From the NCBI RefSeq assembly GCF_009914755.1, contig NC_060932.1: a DNA stretch of 64,000 nucleotides. One strand, given 5' to 3'. The notes beneath the pieces were generated by a model that was not told the DNA's origin, made no database searches, and worked only from the letters and a program-made list of their open reading frames with translations. Below are positions 1 to 12,712 of the stretch, piece after piece; the stretch's first letter is position 1, and every line of letters begins with the position of its first letter. This DNA is from the human T2T-CHM13v2.0 reference genome, Homo sapiens. The position numbers were made by a program, and so were the translations under genes.

Positions 1-97
1 AATAACACTGTTAACAAGTTACTGGATAGATTTGATTGGTTGTCTAAGTCAATTAGTTGTCTGCCAATCATCAGCAGCATCGGTAAGGATTTTGATC

Positions 98-501
98 TGT
101 TAAAAGAAAAACCTTACACAAATTAAATTTAACAGAGTTTAATTGAGCAAAGAATGACTTGTGAATCAGGCAGCTTCCAGAGCCCAACTAGGCTCAGGAG
201 AGACTCCAGCACAGCCACGTGGTGGAAGAAGACTTAGGGACAGAAAAAGGGAAGTGATGTTAAGAAAACTTAAGTAAGCTATGGAAGCAGCGGGATTAGT
301 TATAGCTCTGTGTTTGCCTTATTTGAACACAGTTTGAACAGTTGCCCCCCTTTGATTGGCTAAAGCTTGGTGATTGGCACAAGAGTAGGTTATAGTCTGT
401 TTACCCCACCAATTAGGTTGCAGTTCACTATGTACTGAGATACCTTTAGGCCGAATTTAAAATATGTAAGGAGGCAGCTTTAGGCTAAACTTGGTTTAAC
501 A
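98..501 (-). mobile_element. MER57B-like ERV1 solo LTR
   Basis: TG...CA termini (TGTTAAAAG...GTTTAACA). The minus strand begins TGTTAAACCAAGTTTAGCCTAAAGCTGCCTCCTTACATATTTTAAATTCGGCCTAAAGG, as recalled for MER57B. 4-bp TSD GATC at 94-97 and 502-505. Confidence 0.85.
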
Positions 502-3500
502 GATCGCAACACTATAAAAGCAGCCTGCAAGAGAAAGGAGATAAAACAAGTTAATGTAATAAACTCTTTTACATTGTGACTTAAGTTTCCAAGAGAATCA
601 CATCAGAAATAGCATATATTAATGATTATGTAATGGTTTGTAGCCATTTTAAGTGTGAGCAGTTGATGGTTTAATAACTAGACTACTGTTTGAATGCTTA
701 AATCCAGGGGTGGTTAAGTCTGGACTATTTCATGACTAGGCAGAACAAAGTAAGTCCTAACTTTACATGACTTGTAGGAAGCAAACACAAATCGGTAAAT
801 ATTGAATAATGAAAATGTCTATGAAACTTTTGCCAGGATAATATAATTTCTTTTAGCATTATTTAGAGTAAGAGACTCTTTCTGCCTTAAATCATATAAT
901 AGAACCTATGATCAAATACTAATCTTAGGAATATGAGTTCAAGTCACTGATTTGAGTGAAATAATTTTAAACATTTAAATAATAAATTTTTACTCAGCAG
1001 TAATTTTATTGACATTTATTTTTCCTATGAGCGTTTTCCAAAGGAAAATCAACTTAATATATTAGAGATTAGATTAAATAATTAGTGAATTATTCAGACT
1101 TCCAATGGTCTATTTTAACTTTCAGCAACATCTGTAAAAAGAGAAAAAAATATAAAACTCATGTCAATTCGATCTCTACCTTTTAAAAAGTGGCAAAAGA
1201 CTTGAAATTGTAGGGAAAGAGCTGATTCCTTTGCTTTGTACATACTTTATGTCAGGTAGAGAATGTGGTGCAGATTTTAATATGTTTAAATTCACTGCTA
1301 TTCTTATCTGAAGATGGTTGGCATTATGTAATTCATTTAGAAGTAATTAATGAGATGGATACCAGACAAACTAAATGGGACAAGAAAATAAAAATTTGGG
1401 GTAAAGATGTGTTAAAGCAAAAATCAACTTATAGAAAGAGAAATATAAAAATGTTTGCTGAGAAATTTACTTTGATTACCCACAGGGTCTTTGAATTGGA
1501 CTAAAAAATCCCAAAGATGTTTTTAAAAATGTGTACATGTTTAAATAAGTTAATGTCTCTACATATCTTTATTTTGTTTACAAATTTCTCATCTTTATAA
1601 AAAAAGGAATATATAATTATTCATTGAGAAACATTTGGGAAAACATTTCTTTATGATATGCCCTTGAAATAACATCTGTTTTGTATAATGTAGATAGGAG
1701 AAAAATCCTTATCCATCCACACAGCCACTTAAAGTGTAAGAATATATAAAGTATAATGTGATTTGCTGCATTTTTGTTGTGAAATATAATATTAAAGTGG
1801 ATCAGATGCTCCCAACTGTAATTTTAAAATTGTGTAGACTTCTACACTTCATTAACAAACTACAGATGTATAGATAATAAGACTCTTTATTGGACAATAT
1901 GCTATTATGCAGCTGTTAGCACAATGCAGTAAAGAAGGTCATTTGCAAATCTCATTAATAGTTCTACCATTTTCCACCACTTGAATGAAAAGTGATAATG
2001 TACAGATCTCACAGTCATTAAGAACGTTCTGTTACTCCTTTAGGATTAATTTGCACTGACCCAGAATTTTGTATTTGCTTAACACAAGCCGTGAGTTACT
2101 TTGATGTTATCTGCTTCTATAAACAGTAATATACAGTCCTCTCCTGGGCTAAAACAGCTCTTATTCCAGTGAGAATTGATGGTATTAATCATTCTGAAGT
2201 CCAAGAGTGGTGATCATAAATTGTATGCAGGGACCTCACTTAGTACCTCCCAGGACTCCCATTCATCAGCAATTCCTCTTTTCCACCTGGATACAAAGTA
2301 TATAAAGAGTAATTTATCTCAGAACTTGGGCTCTGCAATCTTCTTGATGTTTAGGTGACATGAGAAACGTTTGGAAACAAATAAATAATTATTCTCCATT
2401 CTTTTGAAATAAAGACCTAAATTGTCTGCCATTTCTCAAGTTTGATTCCCTCAAGTGGCCAGAATGGAAAATGCATGTCTTGCCTTAAAATATCCTGCAT
2501 ATGAAATAAGCTGGAATGACAGCAGATAAGGGGAATTACTTTTCAACAATATTAAAAATAAAAGAGTAACTTTAAATCATGACCAAATTAGCACAGACTT
2601 ATTCTCACCAAACATTAATGCTAAAAATGCTAGCTATAATTTATGAACTCTTAGGCCTGGAAAAATGTCTAGATGCATTATTTTTTTAAATGCAAACCTG
2701 CTAAGATCTGCAGAAATATTTATCTTAAACAAAAGCTGAACAAATCACTCAGCTCAAGATCAATACATATCAAGAGAAAACACAGAAAACAACTCCATTA
2801 CACAGATATTGTTGGCGGAATCTCCTTCCACACCGTCAAATTAGCTGTCAAATCTGAGAAAAGGTTGACTTTGGTATTTAGATTTTAGGAAAAAATGTAT
2901 CCTCATAGAGAATGGAAGAAAATAAGCAACAGGAGCAATAACCAAGAAGTATGCTTAGAGGTTAGATGAAACTCTTGAATTTCAGGCGGTGTGCATTTCT
3001 TCATATGATCTCATTGTGTCGATTTTGGCATTTTCCATCACATAAGTGAAAGAAGACAAACCAAAACACAAGACACAAACTTTAAACCATGGAGTCATTT
3101 CTGGAACATTTCTTGTTTCATCCTAAGCTTTAGCTGGATTCGTGAATTTCAAAGCTCTTCATGGTTCATTGTGAATATGTGCTTTTAAAATTTTACTGGG
3201 CTCCAAACTTATCACTGTGAGTTTATTTTATGTTAAGCACCTTAAAAATCCAATCCTTAAGATGCCAATAGAAACAAAAACAAATAAATAAACTATTGCA
3301 CTGGGCCAAAAAAAAAAAAAAAAAAAAGCCAATTTAAGTAGGTAAACTTAAAAGATTTTTGCCAGAATGTGAACTGAAAGGATTAAAAATCGTGCCAACA
3401 CAATCCTTTTTTTTCACTGCAACTATAAACGTCACAATATTTTTTTCCAAATGCGATTAAAAAAATGGAGAGTAGAAATATGTGGTACCCAAAGTTATTC

Positions 3501-3759
3501 TACAGACTGTTATTTGACAGTCTCCTTTGGAAGATAGTTTAGCTTTTGCAGAGTTCTACTATCAGAGCTTACATTTTTGGTATTACAGAAGTTCTTTGCT
3601 TAAGGAACCTCATTTACATGCTAAAATGCGTCTGCTTAACATTTGTGAATTGCATAGTTCACTGAATTGAACACTGAACTAGTTGTGAGCCAAAAATAAC
3701 ACAAATATGCTTGTTCCTATCTAGGAATTCAGCCTGTTCTCTACAGATTATAATCTGAA

Positions 3760-5064
3760 TGACATGGAGAAAATATTGGTCAGTTATCTATACAATAAAT
3801 GACTTGTATCCAAAATATAGGAAGAACTCTTTGATATGGTTTGGCTGTGTCCCCACCCAAATCTCATCTTGAATTGTAGTTCCCATAATCCCCATGTGTG
3901 CTGGGAGGGACACGGTGGGAGGTAATTGAATCATGGGGGCAGTTTCCCCCATGCGATTCTCGTGATAGTAACTTCTCACAAAATCTGATGGTTTTATAAG
4001 GGGCTTCCCCATTCGCTTTGCTCTCATTCTTCTCCTTGCTGCCACCATGTGAAGAAGGATGTGTTTGCTTCCCCTTGTGCCATGATTGTAAGTTTCCTGA
4101 GGCATCTCCAGCCATGCTGAACTGTGAGTCAATAAATCTCTTCCTTTATAAATTACACAGTCTCATGTGTCTTTATTAGCACCATGAGAATGGATTAATA
4201 TATTCTTGTAACTCAGTAATAAAGACAACCAATCCAATTAAAAATGGGCAAAAGATATGAAGAGAGGTTTCTCCAAAAAAGATAGCAAATGTCCAATAAG
4301 CATGTAGCGACATGTGAAACATCATTAGTTGTTAGGGACATGCAAATCAAAACCATAATGAGATACTACTTCATACCCGTCAGGATGGCTAATAGGCAGA
4401 GAGTGACAAGTGTTGACAAAGATGTAGAAAAAATAGAACATTTATACATTGCTAGTGGAAGCTACTTTCGGAAACAGTTTTTCAGAAAAAGTTAAACATA
4501 GACTGATCCTATGATCCATCAGTTCTACTTCCGTGCATTTATCTAGGAGCAGTGGAAAAAGCTCCACGTGAAGACTTATACATGAATGCTTATAGTAGCA
4601 TTATTTATAATACCCAAACAATAGAAACAACCCAAATGTCTATCAACTGATGAAACAATATGTGGTAAATCCTTGCAGTAGAACACTATTCCACAAGAAA
4701 AAGAAATGAAGTACTGATACATGATACAACAGGGAAGAACATCAAAAACATCATGCCCAGTGAAAGAAGTCAGTCACAAAAGACCACACCTTATATAACT
4801 ATCTCTGTTTAAAAAATGCCCAGAAAAAGAAAATCTGTAAAGACAGAAAGTAGATTACTGCTTGCCTGGGGCTAGGGGAGTGGGAACGGGGAATGACTAA
4901 GTGAATGTAAGATTTGCTTTTAGGGAAATGTTCTAAACTTAGATTCTGGTGATGATTGTATAACTCTAAATACACTAAATTGTTTTGAATTGTACACCTA
5001 AAACAGATGAAGAGTAACTTTCATAGTATGTAAACTATATCTCAGTAAAGCTGCTTAAAAAAAT
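3760..5064 (+). mobile_element. L1MB7/8-like LINE-1 3' end, interrupted by THE1
   Basis: ORF2 C-terminal remnant (ORF 4289: MQIKTIMRYYFIPVRMA). 3'UTR with GACAGAAAGTAGATT...GAATTGTACAC...TATATCTCAGTAAAGCTG followed by an A tail. Confidence 0.85.
3832..4202 (+). mobile_element. THE1C-like MaLR solo LTR nested in the L1
   Basis: Starts TGATATGGTTTGGCTGTGTCCCCACCCAAATCTCATCTTGAATTGTAG and ends GGATTAATATA. 5-bp TSD CTCTT/TTCTT at 3827-3831 and 4203-4207. Confidence 0.9.
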
Positions 5065-5389
5065 AACCAGCATGTGCGGGGGGAAATGGGGGAAGAGCAG
5101 AGTCGGGTGATGCAGGGTCTCATAGGCTCGTCATATTAAGAGGTGTCTTTTTCCTCAAAGCAATGGAAAATCATGAAAAGATTTTAGTAAGGGATAAATG
5201 GTAGTGATGATGTGATCACATTTGCATTCTAAAGAACAGCATGACCAATGTGTGCAAAACAACCTAGAATTAGAGGTAGAATGAGTAGATATTTTTTTCT
5301 ATGCTCACCAGGTCCCTAACTCCTGAGTTGTCATATGACTCAAATGTCAATGAGTGATTTACCCGTTTACCTGCATTTGTTTATCCATT

Positions 5390-5886
<497 letters not shown>

Positions 5887-8800
5887 TCAACCTTATGTCC
5901 AACATTCTCTGCTGATTGGATAGGCTGGTTGTCTTCTGTCCCAGTTGGTAGTTTTGCAAATGGAATCACAGTTTGATCTCTAATTGGAAGACACCACAAA
6001 ATTATTATGCTACCCACTTTGCCCTAAACTCTTTTGGAATCAATATTTTAAGCAATAATAAATAAATCAAAAGATGATTTGTAATGCAAACATATTCTCT
6101 GTGCCTACTGCAGTTGGGCAAACATTGGCAACAGAATTCTAATTTAGATATTTCCTGAATTTTGTGTACTTTCTGCATGAAGTCTTAATAGCTGGCTTCA
6201 ATAGGTTAAACATGATTTGTTAAGCTAAATAAAATATTGATAAAACTGATTATGCTACCTATAAAATTGATGTGCAACTGAGATGTGCTAGTAATATTAG
6301 AGTAAAACATTTTTGGAAGGCTCATATAATTGCTAGCTCACTATAACTCCATTTTAAGAGAAAGAGGGAACAATCTTATATCGTTGATATGTAAAAACAA
6401 AGCCAAACTCAAACAACTCCCAGTTTATGTCCTAGAGATGGTCCATATTCAGCCCAATCATTTATGTTTAAAATACACACGTGATGTTTTGAAAGATAAT
6501 TCAAGTCTAGGACTCTGATCACACGACTTTGAGTGATCCTAAACAGGAAAGAAAGACACTCTGTTGTATAAAGGATTATAAATAATGGTAAAAACAAACA
6601 AACAAAAAAACAGCTATAACAATTACTTGGCCAGAACTATTCCTTATTCATTTGAAAGTCTATTTTGTATGAATTTGACAAAATAGGAATATATTATACA
6701 AAAGTAAATAACTGGCAACAATTGAATTCAATGGCACATTTTTCTGGATTCTCTTAGCTGGAACCTCTATTGAGTCTATACTCAACAGAACTGGAATCCA
6801 GTGTAACATGTATTACATAGAAAAGTTATTGGTTGCCCTATATTTTTTTCTACACAGGGTCCCTGACCTATCAGACACAAAGCCAAAGAGATCTTGAAAA
6901 CTATTTGTTCAACAACGTTTCAATTAACTGCTCTGTTTAATTTTTTTTAAGTCCAAATTAACCACTTATCTAAATGGACTGTTTTGTGATTGTATCTTGG
7001 GAGTAACTGTTGGCAAATTTTTGATTTGCTGTAATAAACTGGGCCAATATCTTTATTGTTTTAGCTGACACACTTTTCTATTTTATGTAAGTAGTCTGGT
7101 ATTTTCAAGCCATTTCACTAAATTTTGAATAACTTTTTCCAAGTTGCTTTTCTAATTGAGCCTTGAGCCATAACTACAAGGACAGTCTGAGGTTCTAAGG
7201 TTTAGATGAAGTTCAGTAATTTGAAAGGGGAAAAAAAGACAAGTCAAAAAGAAGTAAAAATATGTTTCTTTCATGTTGCTATCACTCAAAAATAAAAGCA
7301 GATTTTTCTCAGACTAGACCTCTACCCACAAATCAACTTTGGGCAGTATCAAACAGTAATTTAGTCTCAAAAGAATTTTTTTTTTTAAGAAAATGACATA
7401 AGCCATTATGATTGTGTTGCTAAACAATTTGAAATCCATCTATGGCACAGAGTCTTTATAAAGTCCATGTGCCATTTTAAACATTTTAACTTTAATAATT
7501 TAGATTTATAGGTATGATATAAACCATCTGCATTTTCCCGGTTGTAAGCAGTGAATTTTCTTCTCACAGCTGGCCTGGACTTAAGTTCTGTGAGCCAAGA
7601 GGGGCACTGGCCTCCCCATGTGTGGTAGTCATCTTTTGTAATAAAGCTGAAATAAGAGTATATTGTGCAAAGTTGTGTAATGTGGTCCTAAACTTTACTA
7701 AGTTGCTTTTGAATGCTGTTGAACATTATTTCTATTGTGCATTTCAAACCCAAGTTGTTGTCATTTAACAGGCAGAAAGATTTTATGAAGATCTCATATT
7801 TTGGATTACAAAGCCTCCACATTCTTCAGTAGTCATAGAACTTCTTAATTTAGCCATGCAGAGTAAAAACTCCATTAACAGGGGTTGAGAACAGTCCACC
7901 AGAACTTGGCACATCTCAGGCTATTTGGTAAGGCACAAGTGTGCACATTCTTGAATGAATGCTTAAAGGTGCCATTAGAATTGATTTGTGGGGCAGAGGT
8001 GACACAGTAATACATAAAATCTTCTCTTGGCTTGTGTTTTGAAGCAAATAACCAGCAAGCTAAGATAACAGAGTGAGCATTTTTAGATAACTCGTTAGTG
8101 TCCAGTAAGAGAGTTAAAGAAACGTCAGAATAATACTCACCTCTGTAGCAGGAGGCCACCATCAGCAAGCAGGAGAAAAGGTGTATGGAGTGGGATAGTG
8201 CTTACCGGAATGCAGTCAAGTATCATGGAGAACAGGTTAAAAGAGGAACGGCCAGTGTCAGCAAATGGAACAAGGGGTGCTGAATCAGCATGCAGAATCA
8301 GCAGTGAGGCAAAAGTCACCAAGAATGGGAAGGCATCAGAGTCGAGAGGGGTGGGTGGCACTGGCCATTCTCTCAAGTTCACTGCAACATCAAGCCGCCA
8401 CCTCCCAGCCCACCTCAGTCTCCTTGGTGGGCTTGGCCAGTGCATTGTCCTTTAGGTGAGAGGAGAGCATGGGCCAAGCAGCCACACTGCAATGCTGAGA
8501 TTTGTGCATTGTGTAGTCCTGCATTCATGCAGCTTGCACCTCTCTGTGCCAGACACTGCATCTTTCAGGCAGGTTAAAAACAAGACTATTCAGTAAAAGG
8601 TAATGTCTATTAGAAAGAATAATTCAGCGACTTTATGCAATGATGGATTCCCAGTTAATTTTTTAACAAGTCAGGGAAAAAATGACCTAGCCCTGCATGA
8701 TAAAAAACACTTTGACAGCTCAATGGAAGTTTAGTATGCAGTGGCTGACAGCAACTTCAACATGGTCAGCTGCATGGAAAGAGAGCCAGGCAGATATTTA

Positions 8801-9124
8801 CTTCAGGAGGGGCATAGAGGCCTCACAAATAGGTCCCTACTGCCCAAATACCCCATCAGTATACAAGACCACTGCATGTATGCTGAAGGCATACTGGTCC
8901 ACATAGAAACTACCAAGGCGTGTTATATTGTCACCATATATGTTGGTGCCTACGTATATACACACACGCTTTAATGATTTTGCCATCAGAAAGCACATGA
9001 TAGAAACAACATTAAAGATCAATAATACCCTTTTAGCTCTGAAATTGTTGCAGAGGGGGGAATATATTTACCTTTAAAAAAGAAATACTATAGCATTAAT
9101 ATAGAAAGAAACAACACACTTCTG

Positions 9125-9350
9125 TAAGTACTTATTGAACATCTACTATGTACAAGAGTAGGTGCTATAAAAAATGCAGAAAACATAGACCTTGCCCCAT
9201 GGGCCTCATCTGAACCTAGTAAGGGAGAAATACTTGTATAAATAACTAATTATAATATATGAAAGAAGGTGAGAGTGCTTTCAGTAGAGGTGCTTGCAAA
9301 CGCTAATAAGAGTATTGTAGAGGATGGGTTTATTCTAGAGGATTTTTGTA
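9125..9350 (-). mobile_element. L2 fragment
   Basis: AAGTACTTATTGAACATCTACTATGTAC...AGACCTTGCCCCATGG is a reverse L2 3' region. Confidence 0.55.
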
Positions 9351-9928
9351 AAACATCAGCATTAAATCTTCTCGCTTGTGTCACCATCATGTATAATGCA
9401 CAATGCTGTAGTAAAAATAACTGATTCTGTCCCATACATGGCAACTCAGTTGTGGTGGTTTGGAGTATAAATGCTATAGGGTAAATAATTCAGAGTTCAG
9501 ACTTAATCACTGGAAAGGTCAAACTTGACATTGAGCTTTCTCCTTTCTCAAAGTTTTATCCCTTGCCAACTTCAGGAAGTTATCCAGTGTGGGGAAGTTG
9601 GGTGGATGTTGCCTCTGTTCCTCTCTGGTCTCTGTTAAGATGTCTCATCCCTGGTGGTCTATGGTGCTGGCCTCCGTCCTGCAGGGTCTGCAGCTGCTGT
9701 CCTGGCCTCCCCTGCCCCCAGGCAGTGCTAGCAGCACCTGCAGTTGAGGTCTACAAGTTGAGCCGCCAGCACTCTGCTCTTCTCACCCAGCACTGCTGCA
9801 CACAAAAACTGCATGCATGGGGACACACACACGGGATCTCCTCCAGGCCCGCTCCAGCACAAGGAGATAGAAACTGTTCTATTGAGCTTTCTCACGCCCT
9901 AAATATTCCATGCCACTATGTTTTCTTT

Positions 9929-10256
9929 TTTCTTTTTTTTTTTTTTTTCAAGATGGATTCTCACTTTGTCGCTCAGACTGGAGAGCAGTGGCACGATCTC
10001 AGCTCACAGCAGCCTCTGCTTCCTGGAGTCAAGCGATTCTCCTGTCTCAGTCTCCAGTGTAGCTGGGATTACAGGTATGTACCATGATGCGTGGCTAATT
10101 TTTATTTTTTATTTTCGATGTCTGGCTAATTTTTTTGGGTATTTTTAGTAGAGACCATGTTGGCCCAGCTGGTCTTGAACTCTTGACCTCAAGTGATCAC
10201 CCGCCTCGGCCTCCCAAAGTGCTGGGGACTATAGGCGTGAGCCACCATGCCCGGCC
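9929..10256 (-). mobile_element. AluS (Sx/Sz-like) with a small internal duplication
   Basis: Poly-T head and ...GAGCCACCATGCCCGGCC end. TSD ATGTTTTCTTT at 9918-9928 and 10259-10269. GATGNNTGGCTAATTTTT occurs twice in the linker. Confidence 0.93.
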
Positions 10257-11094
10257 TCATGTTTTCTTTATTACAAGCACTACATACAGGAATAGGAAAT
10301 GCTGTGACACTACCTCTTCCCAGAATTCCAGGTGGGAAGCAGGCCCAAGTCTCTTCTGTTCTTGAAATCCTGATCTGGAACTCCATCGTGGGGATTCCCT
10401 TGCCTTTGCTAAGTTAAAAACTTAGAGAGAGGCACCCAGGAACACATTCAGTCACAATCTGGGTTTCCCTCCTCTTTCTCTTCAGCCTCCCCATGACACT
10501 GGGAAGGAGTGAGAAGAGTGTGCTCTGCTTTCTGGTTTGAGATAAAGACTCTTTCTTGATACTTAAAGGAAGTGTTTAAGACTCAGGAAAACCTTTCACT
10601 CTCAAGAACCAATCTCTTGCAAATAGAAAGATATTTGGTCTATGCTCACACACTTGATGATTGCATAAAATTGCCTTCACATTTTTTATTGCATCCATTC
10701 TCTCCTGAAGTGAGGATCTCATAAGCAGAGAACTGCAGAATTCTAGCACACCCTGTCTAGCATGTGGTCTGGGTTATCTGTGTCTTTCGTTATCTGAATT
10801 ATTTCACAACCCTGTGAGCTTTAGAAAACAGATGCAATGCAAATGATTCCTGTTAATAAAAATGCAAATACATTTTTTCTGGTGGCGATGTCCATTGACT
10901 AGTTTTGCATCTATTAGCAAATTCCTTTTAGCATTTGTGATGGCACATATGTATGCATGCTTTTGAATTCTCTTTTTTTGTGCCAGTTATAACAGCTGTT
11001 TTCCTCATTCATTAATGGGTTAAGTAGAATTTTTGACATATATTCATTTTATATTTGTATGAGAATCATGATTTTACCTTTTATACTAATTATT

Positions 11095-11240
11095 CTTTAA
11101 CAATTTTTTATCCCTACTTAAATGGTGAGAGAATTAAGGTTCAAAGAAATCTATCAAATTGCCCAGGTTTAGAAAAGTAATAGATAGAAGCAACATTTGA
11201 GCCTATATATTTGACCTTAAGCCCAAGTTCTTAAATTCTA
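11095..11240 (-). mobile_element. MIR fragment
   Basis: TATCCCTACTTAAATGGTGAGAGAATTAAGGTTCAAAGAA...TTGCCCAGG is a reverse MIR core. Confidence 0.55.
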
Positions 11241-12229
11241 TACTACTTCAAGATTAAACATAAAGAAATCTGAAAAATATATTATAGGTCCACAGGCAAG
11301 CATTCTAAAAATTCCAGAACTGTCCTATAATTGTTTTTCTTTAAAATGTATAACAACCCCAGCTTTGTGCCTTTGTTGAGAGAAAAGTTAAGTCCTTCAC
11401 ATTGTAGTTTTAAAGCAAAAAGCTGTAGAACTCACTGTCATACCTATAATTTTATAGGTAGCCACTCCTGTCCCATGCCCACGTTAAATGGTTGTCTGAG
11501 AAAAAATCCTCATGGCATTTCTGGATATATACTAGGGCAATTTTTCAAAGTACATTTTTACACTATACTTTATGGAAAAAACTATGAGTCACAACTAGGA
11601 AAAAAATGTCTCCAGCTTTTATACCACATAATTAAACACTCCACATAATTAAATACCCTATGTGGAGAGGAAGGAGAAAAAAGGGGTTTATTAGGTTACT
11701 TAAAATGGTCTTTTGAAGATAGTTTGGTTAAGAGCATCACCTCAAACTTATTTTTGAGTGATTATTTCTAAAAAACAAAATATTACCAATGCTCAGACAT
11801 AGAACAAATACTTATTTGAGGAAAACAGAGTGATATTTCAGCGATGCTGTTTGTCAGCATTTCACAGTGCAATAAATGTCATGTTTATTTAACTACATTT
11901 CAAGTAGATCACTTTTTCTTAAAAACAGTCACAATTATATGTCTCAAAAAATTTCAAACTTTGCTAAACAAACCCAACCACGTGTCAATTCACATTTTTA
12001 AATGAATTTTGAGAAACCAAAGGGAGAATAAATATCTCAATAAACCAGATTTGTTAGACCCAGTATGTTCTTGAAAGGAATTGGATAGTCTCTGTTTCAG
12101 GAATTCTTTGAAACAAAGAAGTGAATCCAGTATTCTTCTTGAGTTTAGATATAGCAATTCAATAACTTTAATTACATCAGCTATATATATAATACTATGC
12201 CCTTCTTTTCTGTCTGAAAGGAGAGGAAG

Positions 12230-12712
12230 TATTATGGCAGACATTGGTTTTTGCCCACCTCACAATCATTCTTACTAGCTAAAAGAACTTGAGATTGTAT
12301 TCAGGTAACAGGTGGAGCATCCTGATGTCAGTGAGAGTAGATCTCTGCTAAGTCATAGGAAATAAAAATCAAGACTGGTTAATCAAGACTGGTATAAATG
12401 AGGTGTGGTTATCTATGTCCCTTAGCCAGTCCAGGTGTGGTCATGACTCTCAGATTCAGCAATGAGATGCAATGGAGATTCTGCTGGGACTAAAAAGATC
12501 TGGGACGGATCATGATGACTGGAGAAGCAGCAGCCATTTTATGATCACAGAGCACAAAGCCAACATGCTGAGGTCGACAGACAGAAAGGACAGAGAGAGG
12601 CTAGTACCCTGAGGATATTACTGAGTTGCTGCACCAAACCTGGAACCACCCACCCCCTCCAGACATTTCCTGTGAGCTAATGCAATGTCTTTATTGCTTA
12701 AGTGACTGAGTG
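12230..12712 (+). mobile_element. Old MLT1 (I/J/K-type) MaLR LTR
   Basis: GCAGCCATTTTATGATCAC...AAAGCCAACATGCTGAGG...CCTCCAGAC...TTTATTGCTTAAG. Confidence 0.65.

Noticed and set aside
7875-9022. Cluster of overlapping 60-100-aa ORFs and a minus-strand donor (AG|GTGAGT near 8140)
   Set aside because: No recognisable domain or matching acceptor, so an exon cannot be supported. A lncRNA exon is not excluded.
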